Source: a virus
Taxonomy: Duplodnaviria > Caudoviricetes
Strand: one strand, 5' to 3'
DNA length: 25,177 nucleotides
IMG/VR virus record: IMGVR_UViG_3300048999_000159
Location: 1-25,177 of that record
In this document: one piece after another, positions 1-8,922 of the stretch
Numbering within the stretch: the first letter of the stretch is position 1
How the letters are laid out: every line of letters starts with the position of its first letter
Made by a program: the position numbers and the translations under genes
The notes under the pieces: model-generated
Told to the model about the DNA's origin: nothing
Database searches by the model: none
The model's input: the letters and a program-made list of their open reading frames with translations, nothing else

Positions 1-73
1 TCGCGACCGAGTCGTCGATCTTCTTCTGCACGGTGGCCCAGAAGCTGGCGGGGACCTTCGCTTCCTGCGCCAC
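1..73 (-). CDS. Minor tail protein, N-terminal fragment (runs off the window)
   Basis: GTG at 73-71 overlaps the TAG of the upstream gene (TAGTG); reads MAQEAKVPASFWATVQKKIDDSVA with no stop; lies downstream of the hub gene. Confidence 0.6.
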   Translation of the reverse strand, partial: MAQEAKVPASFWATVQKKIDDSVA

Positions 74-1188
74 TACGAGACCGCCGGCTGCAGGGGGTAC
101 ATGTCGAGAACCACCCTGTCCGTGAGGTCGCCGCTCTTCTTCTGCACCCTCATCCGGGTCGTGCCGCTGCCCAGCCAGGGATGGTTCTTCGTGACCACCT
201 GGGCGTAGTCGCCGGCCAGCACCTCCCGGGCTGCGGCCGCGGTCACGGTCACCTTCCACACCTCGACCGGCCGGGCGGCGCGGCCCACCAGCTGGGCGGC
301 GTAGCCGTCGACGGTGGCCTGCACCTCGACCTCCGAGTGCTGGTTCTCCTGCTCGAGCAGCGGCCAGCCAGCGTCGACGAGGGTGGAGTCGTAGGCGGTA
401 CCGATGATCGTGTCCTCGTCGGTGCCGTTGCCGGTGGTCCAGCCCCGGGAGCCCATCGCGGTGCCTTCCTCGTCGGTGGCGATGCCGAGCACCGGGCCGC
501 GCGGGGCGGTGGTGTCGAACACCCAGTCGTCGCCGACCTGGGACAGCTGGGGTGCGGCGCCGGTGCCGGTCTGCATCACCCACTGCATGAACCGACCGTC
601 GGACGGGTTCCGCTGGGGCTGGAAGCGGATGTCCGGAGCGGCGGCCGCCCGCTGGGTCAGCTGGGTGAGCTGGTCGGAGAGGGTGAGCAGCTGCCACCCC
701 AGGAAGGTCTCGGTGTTCGTGGACCCGGGCCGCGCGGCGGGTAGGACGAGGGGCAGGTTCCCGCCGGTCCAGGAGATGGCCTGCGCGACGAGGGCGCGGG
801 CGATCTCGCCGAGGTCGGCGCCGGTCAGGACGGTCTTCACCGACTGCACCTTCTGCCCGGCCGCCAGCACCGGGATGACCTTGCGGTGGTCGAACAGGCT
901 CCACAGCCCGGCGGCGCCGAGCGTCAGCTGCCCCTGGACCCAGTCGTAGCTGCGGGACCAGATCGGGCCGGCCTCCTGCACCCAGTCGTCGAGCTCGACG
1001 GCCAGGAACGACCGCGCCGCCTGCGCGGTGCGCCGCAGCGCGAGCCGGGCGATGACGTCGTCGGGGACGACGACCTGGTCGATCGAGCCGGCCGCGTTGA
1101 GGGTTTGCGCCCAGCTGCTGCCGGTGACGTCGATCTCGCCGAAGATGCGGCCGGTGCGCAGATCGCCGAACAGGACCCTGGTCGTCAC
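73..1188 (-). CDS. Minor tail protein, baseplate hub/Tal-like, 371 aa
   Basis: Follows Dit via GTGA overlap; N-terminal GDLRTGRI...W...LN.AG pattern typical of actinophage post-Dit tail proteins. Confidence 0.75.
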   Translation of the reverse strand: MTTRVLFGDLRTGRIFGEIDVTGSSWAQTLNAAGSIDQVVVPDDVIARLALRRTAQAARSFLAVELDDWVQEAGPIWSRSYDWVQGQLTLGAAGLWSLFDHRKVIPVLAAGQKVQSVKTVLTGADLGEIARALVAQAISWTGGNLPLVLPAARPGSTNTETFLGWQLLTLSDQLTQLTQRAAAAPDIRFQPQRNPSDGRFMQWVMQTGTGAAPQLSQVGDDWVFDTTAPRGPVLGIATDEEGTAMGSRGWTTGNGTDEDTIIGTAYDSTLVDAGWPLLEQENQHSEVEVQATVDGYAAQLVGRAARPVEVWKVTVTAAAAREVLAGDYAQVVTKNHPWLGSGTTRMRVQKKSGDLTDRVVLDMYPLQPAVS

Positions 1189-2057
1189 TCAGAAGCCGCC
1201 TTCCACCGCGGCACCAGCCGACTGCCCGGGTCGTAGGTGCCGCCGAGCGAGGTGAACTGCAGAGTCAGCTGGCCGGGCAGACCGGTGTCCGGGTCGGCGG
1301 CGGGGATCAGCAGCCAGTCGGCGTTGGTGAGTTCGCCGCGCCGGTCGGCAGTGCCCTCCGCGAACACGGTGCCGGCGGCGGTGTCGACGGTGATGGTCTG
1401 CCCCGCGGGCACCGCGGTCGGGTAGGTGATCCGCTGGCCGGCTGCGGAGACCTCCCAGCCCTGCTGCAGGCCGTAGGTCGTGCCGGCGACGACGTCGAAG
1501 GTGAAGCCGACGTCGTCGGTGCCGTCGTTGGTGAGCGTGACCTGGCCCGGGGTGCCGGCCGCCCCCCAGTCGAGGACCCCGCCGGCGAACAGCGGCCACG
1601 CCAGGCCACCGCCGGCGGCCGGCAGCCCGGTCGACGTGGTCTGCTCCGGGCCGTAGCGCAGCGGGTCCGGGCAGCGGAACTGCAGCGAGAACGGCACCTC
1701 GCCGAGCGCGTAGCCCTCACCCACGGGCAGTGCGCGACGCAGCACCCGCGCCTGCGACGTCAGCGCCTGGCCGAGCGTCTCGATCGTCAGGTCGTAGAGG
1801 TCGCTGCGGACCGTGGTCACCCGCTTGAGCGCCTGCGCCAGTTGGTCCCGGTCGGCCAGATCGGCGATCTTCCCGTTGACGGTGACGATCCGGGCCTGTG
1901 AGAACAGGTCCCCGACGTGGTCACCGTCGCCGCGGGTACGCGGCTGGGAGAGGTCGTTCGTGTCCGGCAGGTCATCCCAGCCGCTGATCGACTGCACGAT
2001 GTACGGGCTGTCCCCGCCGAGGGTCAGGCCGCGCCAGGTGATCTCGGTGTCGGCCAT
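1185..2057 (-). CDS. Distal tail protein (Dit-like), 290 aa
   Basis: Directly after the tape measure gene; motifs GWDDLP, FRCPDPLRYG, VTLTNDGT, ITVDT. Confidence 0.8.
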   Translation of the reverse strand: MADTEITWRGLTLGGDSPYIVQSISGWDDLPDTNDLSQPRTRGDGDHVGDLFSQARIVTVNGKIADLADRDQLAQALKRVTTVRSDLYDLTIETLGQALTSQARVLRRALPVGEGYALGEVPFSLQFRCPDPLRYGPEQTTSTGLPAAGGGLAWPLFAGGVLDWGAAGTPGQVTLTNDGTDDVGFTFDVVAGTTYGLQQGWEVSAAGQRITYPTAVPAGQTITVDTAAGTVFAEGTADRRGELTNADWLLIPAADPDTGLPGQLTLQFTSLGGTYDPGSRLVPRWKAASE

Positions 2058-2072
2058 CGCCCCATGCCCCTC

Positions 2073-5000
2073 TCAGCTTCTGGTGCGGGAGATGAAGGCG
2101 AGCGCCTCGGCGTTCTCGTACGGCGTCTGACCGGATTCGCTCTTCCAGGTGCCGACGCTGACGGTTGGCCGGTCGGGGATGGCCGCGGCGACCGCGGCCG
2201 CCAGCTGCCGGTAGTCGATCGCCGCCGCTCCCCCACCGCCGCCGGCGCCGACCAGTTCGCGGGTGCGCACGGGGGCCGCCTGCCCGGCGGTCAGCCCGTA
2301 GCCCATCCGGCCGGCCGTTTTGGCGAGGATCTGCTGCGACCGCGGAGACCCGTTGATGGGGATGAACGCCTCGTCGCCGACGACCCGGTCACCGATCAGC
2401 CGGTACGTCTGAGGCGCCACGATGTCTGCGACCCGGCCCGACATCGGCGTGTACCAGCCGCCGTCTGCGAACGGGTGGATCAGCCCGCCGATCGCCGCCC
2501 CGGGCCGTTGCGTCGGCCCGTAGTTGGGGGTCGACACGCTGGCCCGGATCAGGATCGACTGAGTCCTGGCCGTCTGGATGAGGTCCTGGATCTCCTTCAG
2601 CGCCGGATGGGTGTCGGCCGAGACGATCACCTTGCCGTTGGGCAGGTGGATCGTCATGTAGCCCAGGTCGTGGAGCGCCTTCTCCTGCTTCGCCGTCGGC
2701 GCGTCGATCGTGATCAGGTGACCGTCCGGCAGACCGTCGACGGTGAGGCCGAGGTTGGTCATCGCCTCCTGGGTGAGGTTGGTCGCCGTGGTGGCGTGCT
2801 CCAGGATCTTGATCTGGGCGAGGATCGCGTCCCGGCCCGGGCCGACCATCTGGTCGGCGACCTTGCGCAGCGAGTCGAGCTGGGCCTTCTGCGCGATCGT
2901 GGCGGTGTCGGTGGCCCCGTTCGCGGTTGCCTGATCGGCGGCCGCCTGGCCGGCGGCTTGCGCGGCGGCGATCGCCGACTGCGCCAGGGACAGCTGCTCC
3001 TGGCGCAGCTCAGCGGTGGAGTGCTGACCGTCGTGGGCGTCCTGGTTGTACTGGGCGATCGCCTGGGACAGCTGGATCTGCGCCTGCTGGGCGGCGAGCT
3101 GGGAGTTCGCCGCCGCCAGCGCGGCGTTGGCTTCCTGCTGCATCACCTGCAGGTGCGACTTCTCCGCCCCGGTCAGGGTGTCGGTGACCGTGGTGAGGTT
3201 CGCCCGGGCGGCCCGGACCTTCGCTGCGGCGTCGGCGACGGCCGTCGAGTTGCCCGGGTTCTGCTTCATCACCAGCGCGAGGGCGTTCTCCGCGCGGGTG
3301 ACCCCGATCTGCGCGGTGTCCATCAGGCTGAGACTCGCGTGGTACGAGCTCATCTGGTCCTTGGCCTTCGCCAGGCCCGCGCGCAGTTCGTCCAGGCTCT
3401 GGCCGGCGAAGGTGGTGCCCAGCGCCGACCCGTAGCTCGCCTCGCCGTAGGAGTGCGTGGCGGCCGTGGCGTCGTTGAGCGCCTTCTGCGCGTCGTCGAT
3501 CTTCTTCTGGTAGTCGTCGAGCTTTTTCGACGCGTCGACCGCGCTCTGCCCGCCGAGGTCCTGCTGCTTGTACAGGCCGAACAGGGACGTGGCGTAGCCG
3601 TCGATGCGCTGCTGCCCGGCGCCCAGCGCCGACGCGAACTCACCCACCGTCAGAGCCGCGCCGGTGAGCGCGATGCCCCACGGGCCACCGAAGAGGCCGA
3701 CCACGCCGGACCCGGCGGACTTCAGCGCCGACATGCCCTTGACCGCGGCCGCCGCCTTGACCGACCCGAACGTGCCGAGGCTGCCGCCGGAGCGGGTGGC
3801 CGAGGCCGACAGGGACTCCATCTCCTGCGCCAGGGTGCGCACCTGGGTGCCCGCACCGGCGGCGGAGCGGGCGTTCATCGCGAACAGGGACTGCTGGAGG
3901 GCCATCTCCTCGCGCATGCCGGCGAAGGCGGCCTTGACCTTGCCGCCGCCGGTGGCGAGCCCCTCCAGCCATCCCATGGAGGAGGCTGCCTTCAGCGCGA
4001 CCAGCCCGACGACGACGTCCTTGATGGGCGCCGGGAGCTCCTGGAAGACGTGCAGGATGCCGCCGCCCGCGTCGATCAGGGGCTTCGCCGCCACCTCGGC
4101 GGCGTGGAAGGCGGCGCCGAGATCGTGCATGGCGGCCGGGCCGTGGTCCTCGACGTAGCCGAGCACGCCGGTCAGGGCGGGCAAAAGCCGCTGTCCGGCC
4201 TCGATCGCCAGCGACTTCGCGCCCGCCTCGACCTGGGCGAGACGCTGGTTGAAGTTCGACTGAACCTCGTCCCAGCCCTTGATGTTGCCCGCCGTGTCGC
4301 CGGCGGCCTTGCCGATGTCCTTGATCGCGGCGTTGGTGGCCGCGGCGTGCTCCCCGGTCACCTGCAGCGCGACGGTGAGCCCGGCGCTGGTGCCCATGGC
4401 CTTCTGCAGGGCGGCGGTGTAGGTCTGCGCCGCCGGGCCGCCGGCCTTGAGGATGTTCGAGAAGCCCTGGCTGCTCTTGACCAGCGACAGGAACTGCAGG
4501 CCCATGGCGCCCTGCTGGCCGCTGAGGCCCTTGGCCGCCTTCTGGTAGTCGGAGATCGACACCGACCCGTCGAGGAGCCCCTTGGACATCTTCGCCAGGG
4601 TCGGCGGCATCGAGCCGAGCATGATCTGCAGGTCCTGCGCCGCCGTCTTGCTCTTGTTGAGCGCGGGGAGGAGGACCTGCTTCGTCGCCGGGTCGAGGTG
4701 CTGCACGATCGCCTGCGCGATCGTCTGGATGGTGCCGGCGAGGCCCTTCTTGCCGAGCATCGGTCCGAGCTCGGCGGAGTTGATCCCCAGTTGCGCGAGC
4801 TCGGCGGTCATCGTCGCCGTCGGGTTCTGCATGTGCCGCAGGGCGTCGGCCATGTTCTGGGCGGCCTGGTCGGCTGACTCGCCGGAGGCGGTCATCGCCG
4901 AGAGGGTGCCGGCGATGTCGGCGAGCGGGACGCCGAGCGCCGCGGCGAGCGGGGTGACCGAGTGCATGGCCCCGGTGAGCTCGTCGAACGACGTTTTGCC

Positions 5001-5618
5001 GTGGCTGACGGCGGTGATCAGCTGCGAGGTGACCCGGGCGGCGTCGGACGCGGGGAGGTTGTAGTCGTGCAGCGCGGTGGTGACCGCGTCGAGCACCTTG
5101 GAGAGGTCGGCGTTCTCCTGCTTCGCGCCCTGCGCGCCGGCCTTCAGCACGCCGAGGGCGGCGGCGCCGTGGATCCCGGAGGACTCCACGGTGTACATGC
5201 CGTGCGCGAGTTCCTGCGCGCCGATGCCGACCTGGCCGGCCATGTCGAGCATGCCCTGGCCGACGGCGGCGATGTTCTTCTGCGACTCACCAGCCGTCGT
5301 CACGAGCCGGGTGAGCGCGGACTGGTAGTCCCCAGCCCACTTCACCGACAACCCGGCCGCGACGGCGGCGCCGACGCCGGCGAGCCCACCGAGGGTGAAC
5401 CCCAGCGTGCCGGCCGACTTGTTCAGCTTGCCGAGCGCACCCTCAGCCTTGCCGGCCCCGGCGGCGGCCTGCTCCATGCTCGTGGCCGCGTGCGGCCCCA
5501 CCTTGGAGGTGGCCGCGTCCAGCGCGAGCGTGGACCTCTCCGCCCGGGCCGCGCCGGAGACGTAGGAGGAGGGGTCCATCGCGAGCCGGACCACGACCGA
5601 GCGGACGGGGGAGGACAC
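2073..5618 (-). CDS. Tail tape measure protein, 1181 aa
   Basis: Longest ORF, Ala-rich and helical; TP901-like core (AVSHGKTSFDEL), FGGPWGIAL and C-terminal FADGG...EAFIP motifs; follows the tail chaperones. Confidence 0.95.
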   Translation of the reverse strand: MSSPVRSVVVRLAMDPSSYVSGAARAERSTLALDAATSKVGPHAATSMEQAAAGAGKAEGALGKLNKSAGTLGFTLGGLAGVGAAVAAGLSVKWAGDYQSALTRLVTTAGESQKNIAAVGQGMLDMAGQVGIGAQELAHGMYTVESSGIHGAAALGVLKAGAQGAKQENADLSKVLDAVTTALHDYNLPASDAARVTSQLITAVSHGKTSFDELTGAMHSVTPLAAALGVPLADIAGTLSAMTASGESADQAAQNMADALRHMQNPTATMTAELAQLGINSAELGPMLGKKGLAGTIQTIAQAIVQHLDPATKQVLLPALNKSKTAAQDLQIMLGSMPPTLAKMSKGLLDGSVSISDYQKAAKGLSGQQGAMGLQFLSLVKSSQGFSNILKAGGPAAQTYTAALQKAMGTSAGLTVALQVTGEHAAATNAAIKDIGKAAGDTAGNIKGWDEVQSNFNQRLAQVEAGAKSLAIEAGQRLLPALTGVLGYVEDHGPAAMHDLGAAFHAAEVAAKPLIDAGGGILHVFQELPAPIKDVVVGLVALKAASSMGWLEGLATGGGKVKAAFAGMREEMALQQSLFAMNARSAAGAGTQVRTLAQEMESLSASATRSGGSLGTFGSVKAAAAVKGMSALKSAGSGVVGLFGGPWGIALTGAALTVGEFASALGAGQQRIDGYATSLFGLYKQQDLGGQSAVDASKKLDDYQKKIDDAQKALNDATAATHSYGEASYGSALGTTFAGQSLDELRAGLAKAKDQMSSYHASLSLMDTAQIGVTRAENALALVMKQNPGNSTAVADAAAKVRAARANLTTVTDTLTGAEKSHLQVMQQEANAALAAANSQLAAQQAQIQLSQAIAQYNQDAHDGQHSTAELRQEQLSLAQSAIAAAQAAGQAAADQATANGATDTATIAQKAQLDSLRKVADQMVGPGRDAILAQIKILEHATTATNLTQEAMTNLGLTVDGLPDGHLITIDAPTAKQEKALHDLGYMTIHLPNGKVIVSADTHPALKEIQDLIQTARTQSILIRASVSTPNYGPTQRPGAAIGGLIHPFADGGWYTPMSGRVADIVAPQTYRLIGDRVVGDEAFIPINGSPRSQQILAKTAGRMGYGLTAGQAAPVRTRELVGAGGGGGAAAIDYRQLAAAVAAAIPDRPTVSVGTWKSESGQTPYENAEALAFISRTRS

Positions 5619-5640
5619 GACGAATCACCCCCCGCTGGTC

Positions 5641-6024
5641 TCAGGTCTTCGGTGGCGTGAGGCCGGCCGACCAGACGGTGGAGCGGGCCGAGATCTCGTC
5701 GGTGTCGCGGTCCTTCGCCTGGGCGGCGGCGATCGCGTAGGTGGCGTGGCAGCGCCGGCTCTCGGCGCCGAACCGGAACTGGTTGTCCGGGTTGCCGCAC
5801 TCAGTGACCGGTAGCCCGCAGGACGGACACCTTTCCGCCGCCTCCGCCTGCTCCAGCTCATCGAGAGCCAGCGCGTAGTCGGTGTCCTCCTGCGTGAACA
5901 GGGGCTTACCGGCTGCCGGCCACGGCCTGCCCAGCACGATCGTGCGGGGCTGGCCGTGGGCCCGGGCTACTCGGGCTTCTGCTCGAGCGCGTGGAGAGTT
6001 GCGGAGGCGGCGAAGGAGAAAGGG
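5641..6024 (-). CDS. Tail assembly chaperone, -1 frameshift extension (gpT-like)
   Basis: Open -1 frame from the slippery heptamer to the stop at 5641; FTQEDTDYALAL, CPSCG...C and RCHA pattern; immediately precedes the TMP. Confidence 0.75.
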   Translation of the reverse strand, partial: PFLLRRLRNSPRARAEARVARAHGQPRTIVLGRPWPAAGKPLFTQEDTDYALALDELEQAEAAERCPSCGLPVTECGNPDNQFRFGAESRRCHATYAIAAAQAKDRDTDEISARSTVWSAGLTPPKT

Positions 6025-6491
6025 ACAGCTCCGTCCTCCCCGATCGCCTGCAGGCACTCGCCGAACAGGCGGTCGGCCTGACCGGTGCCGGCCTTCTCCA
6101 TCAGCCGCCGCGCCTGCTCGACCGTCGCAGTCGGCTCGACGAGGCAGGCCGCGATCAGCGCCGGGGCGCCCGTGATCGGGTTGAACCGCTCCTCGTGTCC
6201 CTCGCGCGACGGGTGGGCCTTCAGCCACTCCTCGCGCTCGAAGTAGGAGATGCCGCGCACCCGGAACGTGACGCTGGCGGCCTCCATCGCGGCCTCGACG
6301 TCACGGATCCGCGCGGCGATCTCCGCGGACTCGGCGCGGCCGCCCATGGTGCCGATGCTCGCCTTGTTGGCCTCGCCGAGGCGGCGCTCGAGGTCCTGGT
6401 GCTCGCCGACCAGCTTGCCCTTGAGGCAGATCCGGACGGTGTGCTCGGGCTGCTCGAGGTCGCCGAGGACGCTCTCGATGTCGACGGTCAT
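5967..6491 (-). CDS. Tail assembly chaperone (gpG-like), 174 aa
   Basis: ATG at 6491 overlaps the MTP stop (TGATG); MTVDIESVLG...ALIAACLVEP...VPFS; lies between MTP and TMP. Confidence 0.85.
   Translation of the reverse strand: MTVDIESVLGDLEQPEHTVRICLKGKLVGEHQDLERRLGEANKASIGTMGGRAESAEIAARIRDVEAAMEAASVTFRVRGISYFEREEWLKAHPSREGHEERFNPITGAPALIAACLVEPTATVEQARRLMEKAGTGQADRLFGECLQAIGEDGAVPFSFAASATLHALEQKPE
6018..6024 (-). other. Programmed -1 ribosomal frameshift site C CCT TTC
   Basis: X XXY YYZ heptamer in the correct phase of the chaperone ORF (codons GTC CCT TTC); the -1 frame stays open to 5641. Confidence 0.75.
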
Positions 6492-6988
6492 CAGGCGGCG
6501 ACGGTGACCGGGTTGTCGACGCCGTGAACCTGGGTGCCGTCGGTCATCTCCATGCCCACGGTCACGGCCTGCAGCGCGTTCGGGGCCGGCTTGTCCGGGT
6601 TGGGCCGCTGGCACATCACCGGGTACAGCTCGACCTTGTCGGCCGCGGTCCACGCGACGGACGCCAGCTTGTCGCGGCGCACCGCGAGGAACCCGCTGGC
6701 ACCCCGGACGAGGGCGGCCTGGACGGCGGTGGCCGCGACATCGCTGCCGCGGACGTACTTCACGCTCAGCGTGTAGCTGTCGCGGCCGATGATCGCCGAG
6801 TTCGCCGTCGAGTTCAGCTTCGAGTTGTCGATGCTGGCGGTGGCGGCGGCAGTGTCGAGGCCGTCGGGGGTCAGTCGCCCGTCGAGCGCGACGCCGGCGG
6901 TCAGTTCGGCGACGGTGGGGGCGGTGACGACCGCGATGGTCGGCACGAATGCGACCTTGATCATGCCGTCGAAGCCGTAGTCGGCCAT
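6491..6988 (-). CDS. Major tail (tube) protein, 165 aa
   Basis: VAFVPTIA...APTVAELTAG, GFLAVRR and DKVELYPV motifs of actinophage tail tube proteins; strong AAGGAG RBS. Confidence 0.9.
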   Translation of the reverse strand: MADYGFDGMIKVAFVPTIAVVTAPTVAELTAGVALDGRLTPDGLDTAAATASIDNSKLNSTANSAIIGRDSYTLSVKYVRGSDVAATAVQAALVRGASGFLAVRRDKLASVAWTAADKVELYPVMCQRPNPDKPAPNALQAVTVGMEMTDGTQVHGVDNPVTVAA

Positions 6989-7059
6989 GGCTCAGTTCTC
7001 CTTGCTGGTGGGGGTGGGGGAGTGGTGCTCGCGCCGGGGTCGTGGCTGCGTTTGCCGGC

Positions 7060-7326
7060 TCAGTTGCCTTCGTGTCGGCCAGGCGTCTCGGGAGCGGCTC
7101 CGGGCTCGTCGACGAGCTCGTAGCCCTGGTTCGTGAAGAAGGGCACCGCGGCCGCGCCGACGGTGCGCTCGGCGCCGGTCTGCCCATTGCGGACCCGAAC
7201 GTCGGCGGTCACCGCCTCGACGGCGGCCGCGAGGTCGGTGCTCTGCTGCCGTGCGTCCTCTGCAGCGGCCCGGAGGGCTTCGATCGGCTGCTGGACCTCG
7301 GCGGGGGTGTTCGTGTCGTCGGGCAT
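7060..7326 (-). CDS. Hypothetical protein, 88 aa, upstream of the major tail gene
   Basis: GAGAGGA RBS, GC-rich third codon positions, short domain ending GYELVDE. Confidence 0.65.
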   Translation of the reverse strand: MPDDTNTPAEVQQPIEALRAAAEDARQQSTDLAAAVEAVTADVRVRNGQTGAERTVGAAAVPFFTNQGYELVDEPGAAPETPGRHEGN

Positions 7327-7429
7327 TGGTCGTTCCTCTCGGGCATGGCGGAGGGCCGGCGCATTGGCGGCGCATTCCGCGCCCGGTCGCTGGCCTGCGG
7401 CGATGCGTGTGTCCGGCCGATGGATGGGG

Positions 7430-7470
7430 CGCTCAACCGCTCAGATCTGAGTGGTTGAGCGAACGCTCAA
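7430..7470. repeat. 32-bp near-perfect palindrome plus an overlapping second inverted repeat (GCTCA array)
   Basis: CGCTCAACCGCTCAGA|TCTGAGTGGTTGAGCG (7430-7461, one mismatch, no loop) and TTGAGCG-AA-CGCTCAA (7455-7470). Confidence 0.85.
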
Positions 7471-7709
7471 GGCGCGACGGGAAGGTCTTCGACCGTGGCG
7501 GTGAGGCCGATGCCGGCGAGGGCGTCGACGAGTTCGGTGACCGAGGGTGTGGACCGCTGCAGCCGGGTGGGCACGTAGCCCTGGCGGTCGACGAGCAGCT
7601 GCTCGGCGCGCTCGCCCAGGTGGGCCCGGGCTCCGGCTCGGGTGGCGTGCAAGGAGGCCAGGGGCTCGCCGAGTCCGGGCCCGCACACGAGTACGAGGGT
7701 CACGAACAC
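7467..7709 (-). CDS. Hypothetical protein, 80 aa, extra gene within the tail module
   Basis: GGAG-rich RBS and GTG start; natural-looking sequence with GC-rich third positions; no family recognised. Confidence 0.6.
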   Translation of the reverse strand: MFVTLVLVCGPGLGEPLASLHATRAGARAHLGERAEQLLVDRQGYVPTRLQRSTPSVTELVDALAGIGLTATVEDLPVAP

Positions 7710-7751
7710 CGCGCGTGCTCCCCCTCCCCCGCTGCCGAGTCGGACGAGTGG

Positions 7752-8162
7752 TCAGGCGGGGCTGGTGCGGATCCGCCACTCGGCGGGCAGGTCGAACAGG
7801 GCCGGAGAGACGTGGTCGTCGCGGGAGAGCCCTCCCGACGGGGAGATCGCGCCGCTGTGCGCCCAGTCCTGCACCGGCATGCGGTCCACGACCCGGCCGT
7901 CGATGGTCTGCCGGTACAGGCCGATCACCGCCTGGAACAGCGCCTGCTCGGCGATCCTGGCGGCCTCGGGGGTGAGGCCAGCACAGTGGCAGATCAGCAC
8001 GGTGGTCTCGGTGCCGAGCGGGTCGTTGAGCTTTGCGGCGGTGCGGACCGGCCCGTCGGGCCAGATCGAGACGAACGGCTTGCTGCCGGTGTCCTTCGGC
8101 CGGCCGCCGATCTCGGCGGCGATGCCGGCGTCGATGATCGCCGCCTTGACCGCGTCGGTCAC
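7752..8162 (-). CDS. Tail terminator / tail completion protein, 136 aa
   Basis: GTG at 8162 overlaps the previous stop (GTGA); PFVSIWP...RDDHVSPALF pattern; last of the connector genes. Confidence 0.75.
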   Translation of the reverse strand: MTDAVKAAIIDAGIAAEIGGRPKDTGSKPFVSIWPDGPVRTAAKLNDPLGTETTVLICHCAGLTPEAARIAEQALFQAVIGLYRQTIDGRVVDRMPVQDWAHSGAISPSGGLSRDDHVSPALFDLPAEWRIRTSPA

Positions 8163-8521
8163 AGCCACTTCGAGCCGATCGCTGCGGCGGCGTCGATGAA
8201 GCGGGGCTCTTCGTCGTCGAGCGCCCGGCCGAGGTCGCGGTGCGGCGCGTTGTTCACCGACCCGTACTCCAGGATCGGGCCGAGGTGTCCCTGGCCACGG
8301 CGTTCCGGGCCGACTTCGCCGCCCAGGAGGTCGGGGTCGGGGTCGTAGGTGATGGTGCCCGGGTAGGCCTTGGCGTGTGTCCCGGACGACGCCTGGGCGT
8401 TGCGGCGGGCGCCGTTCTTGATGTTCAGCAGGCCCTTGGCGACCACAGCCGCGGCCTCTATCGGGGCGGCCGCGGCGGCGGCCGCGAGGGCGGCGGCCAG
8501 GCCGGTCAGGGTGGTCTCCAC
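8159..8521 (-). CDS. Neck protein, HK97 gp10-like, 120 aa
   Basis: ITYD...EVGPE...QGHLGPILEYGSVNNAPH motif; GAGGAGG RBS. Confidence 0.8.
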   Translation of the reverse strand: METTLTGLAAALAAAAAAAPIEAAAVVAKGLLNIKNGARRNAQASSGTHAKAYPGTITYDPDPDLLGGEVGPERRGQGHLGPILEYGSVNNAPHRDLGRALDDEEPRFIDAAAAIGSKWL

Positions 8522-8532
8522 GAGTGCCCTCC

Positions 8533-8922
8533 TCAGCTGACCTTGTAGCCGAGCATCCGGCGTGCGGTGAGGTTGTCGCCGATGGACACCTGGCGGATCT
8601 GCAGCTCGGCACCGACGAGCGCCGGGTCGGGCGAGGACTCGATGACGACGTGCTGCTTGACCTGCGGCACGGGCGTCTGGCCGAACGGCACCGCGACCAC
8701 GTAGTTGGAGGCGAAGAGCTCCTCGCCGACGACCTCAGTGGGGAAGTCGCGCATCGTGGCCGGCCGCACCCGGCCTTCACAGCGGACGGGGTCGACCTCG
8801 GGATAGGTCACGGTGCCGTCGGCTGCGGTGGTCGGGTCGCCGAGGGTGAAGTAGCGGAGGGTCGAGGTCATCTGCGCCTCGGCCCTCCGCCGGCCCATCG
8901 TGGCGGCGGCGGACGCGCTCAT
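8533..8922 (-). CDS. Head-to-tail stopper (DUF6093-like), 129 aa
   Basis: GRRRAEAQMTST, S.DPALVG and TARR motifs; follows the adaptor gene. Confidence 0.8.
   Translation of the reverse strand: MSASAAATMGRRRAEAQMTSTLRYFTLGDPTTAADGTVTYPEVDPVRCEGRVRPATMRDFPTEVVGEELFASNYVVAVPFGQTPVPQVKQHVVIESSPDPALVGAELQIRQVSIGDNLTARRMLGYKVS

Noticed and set aside
1917-4877. 986-aa plus-strand ORF, and other long plus-strand ORFs such as 9654-10751, 12310-13704 and 14442-15968
   Set aside because: Antisense shadows of clear minus-strand phage genes; stop codons are rare at this GC content and the translations carry no recognisable motifs.
6989-7070. AAGG(AG/C)AACTGAGCC seen twice near the MTP start
   Set aside because: Short, and largely explained by RBS and stop-codon context; not enough to call a site.
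5967-7187. 406-aa ORF-track call covering the MTP and chaperone
   Set aside because: The N-terminal part is an Arg/Pro-rich alternative frame over real genes; the true start is the coupled ATG at 6491. The same over-extension affects the track calls ending at 7752, 10726, 16244, 18068, 19146, 20182, 20640, 20918, 22002 and 22612.
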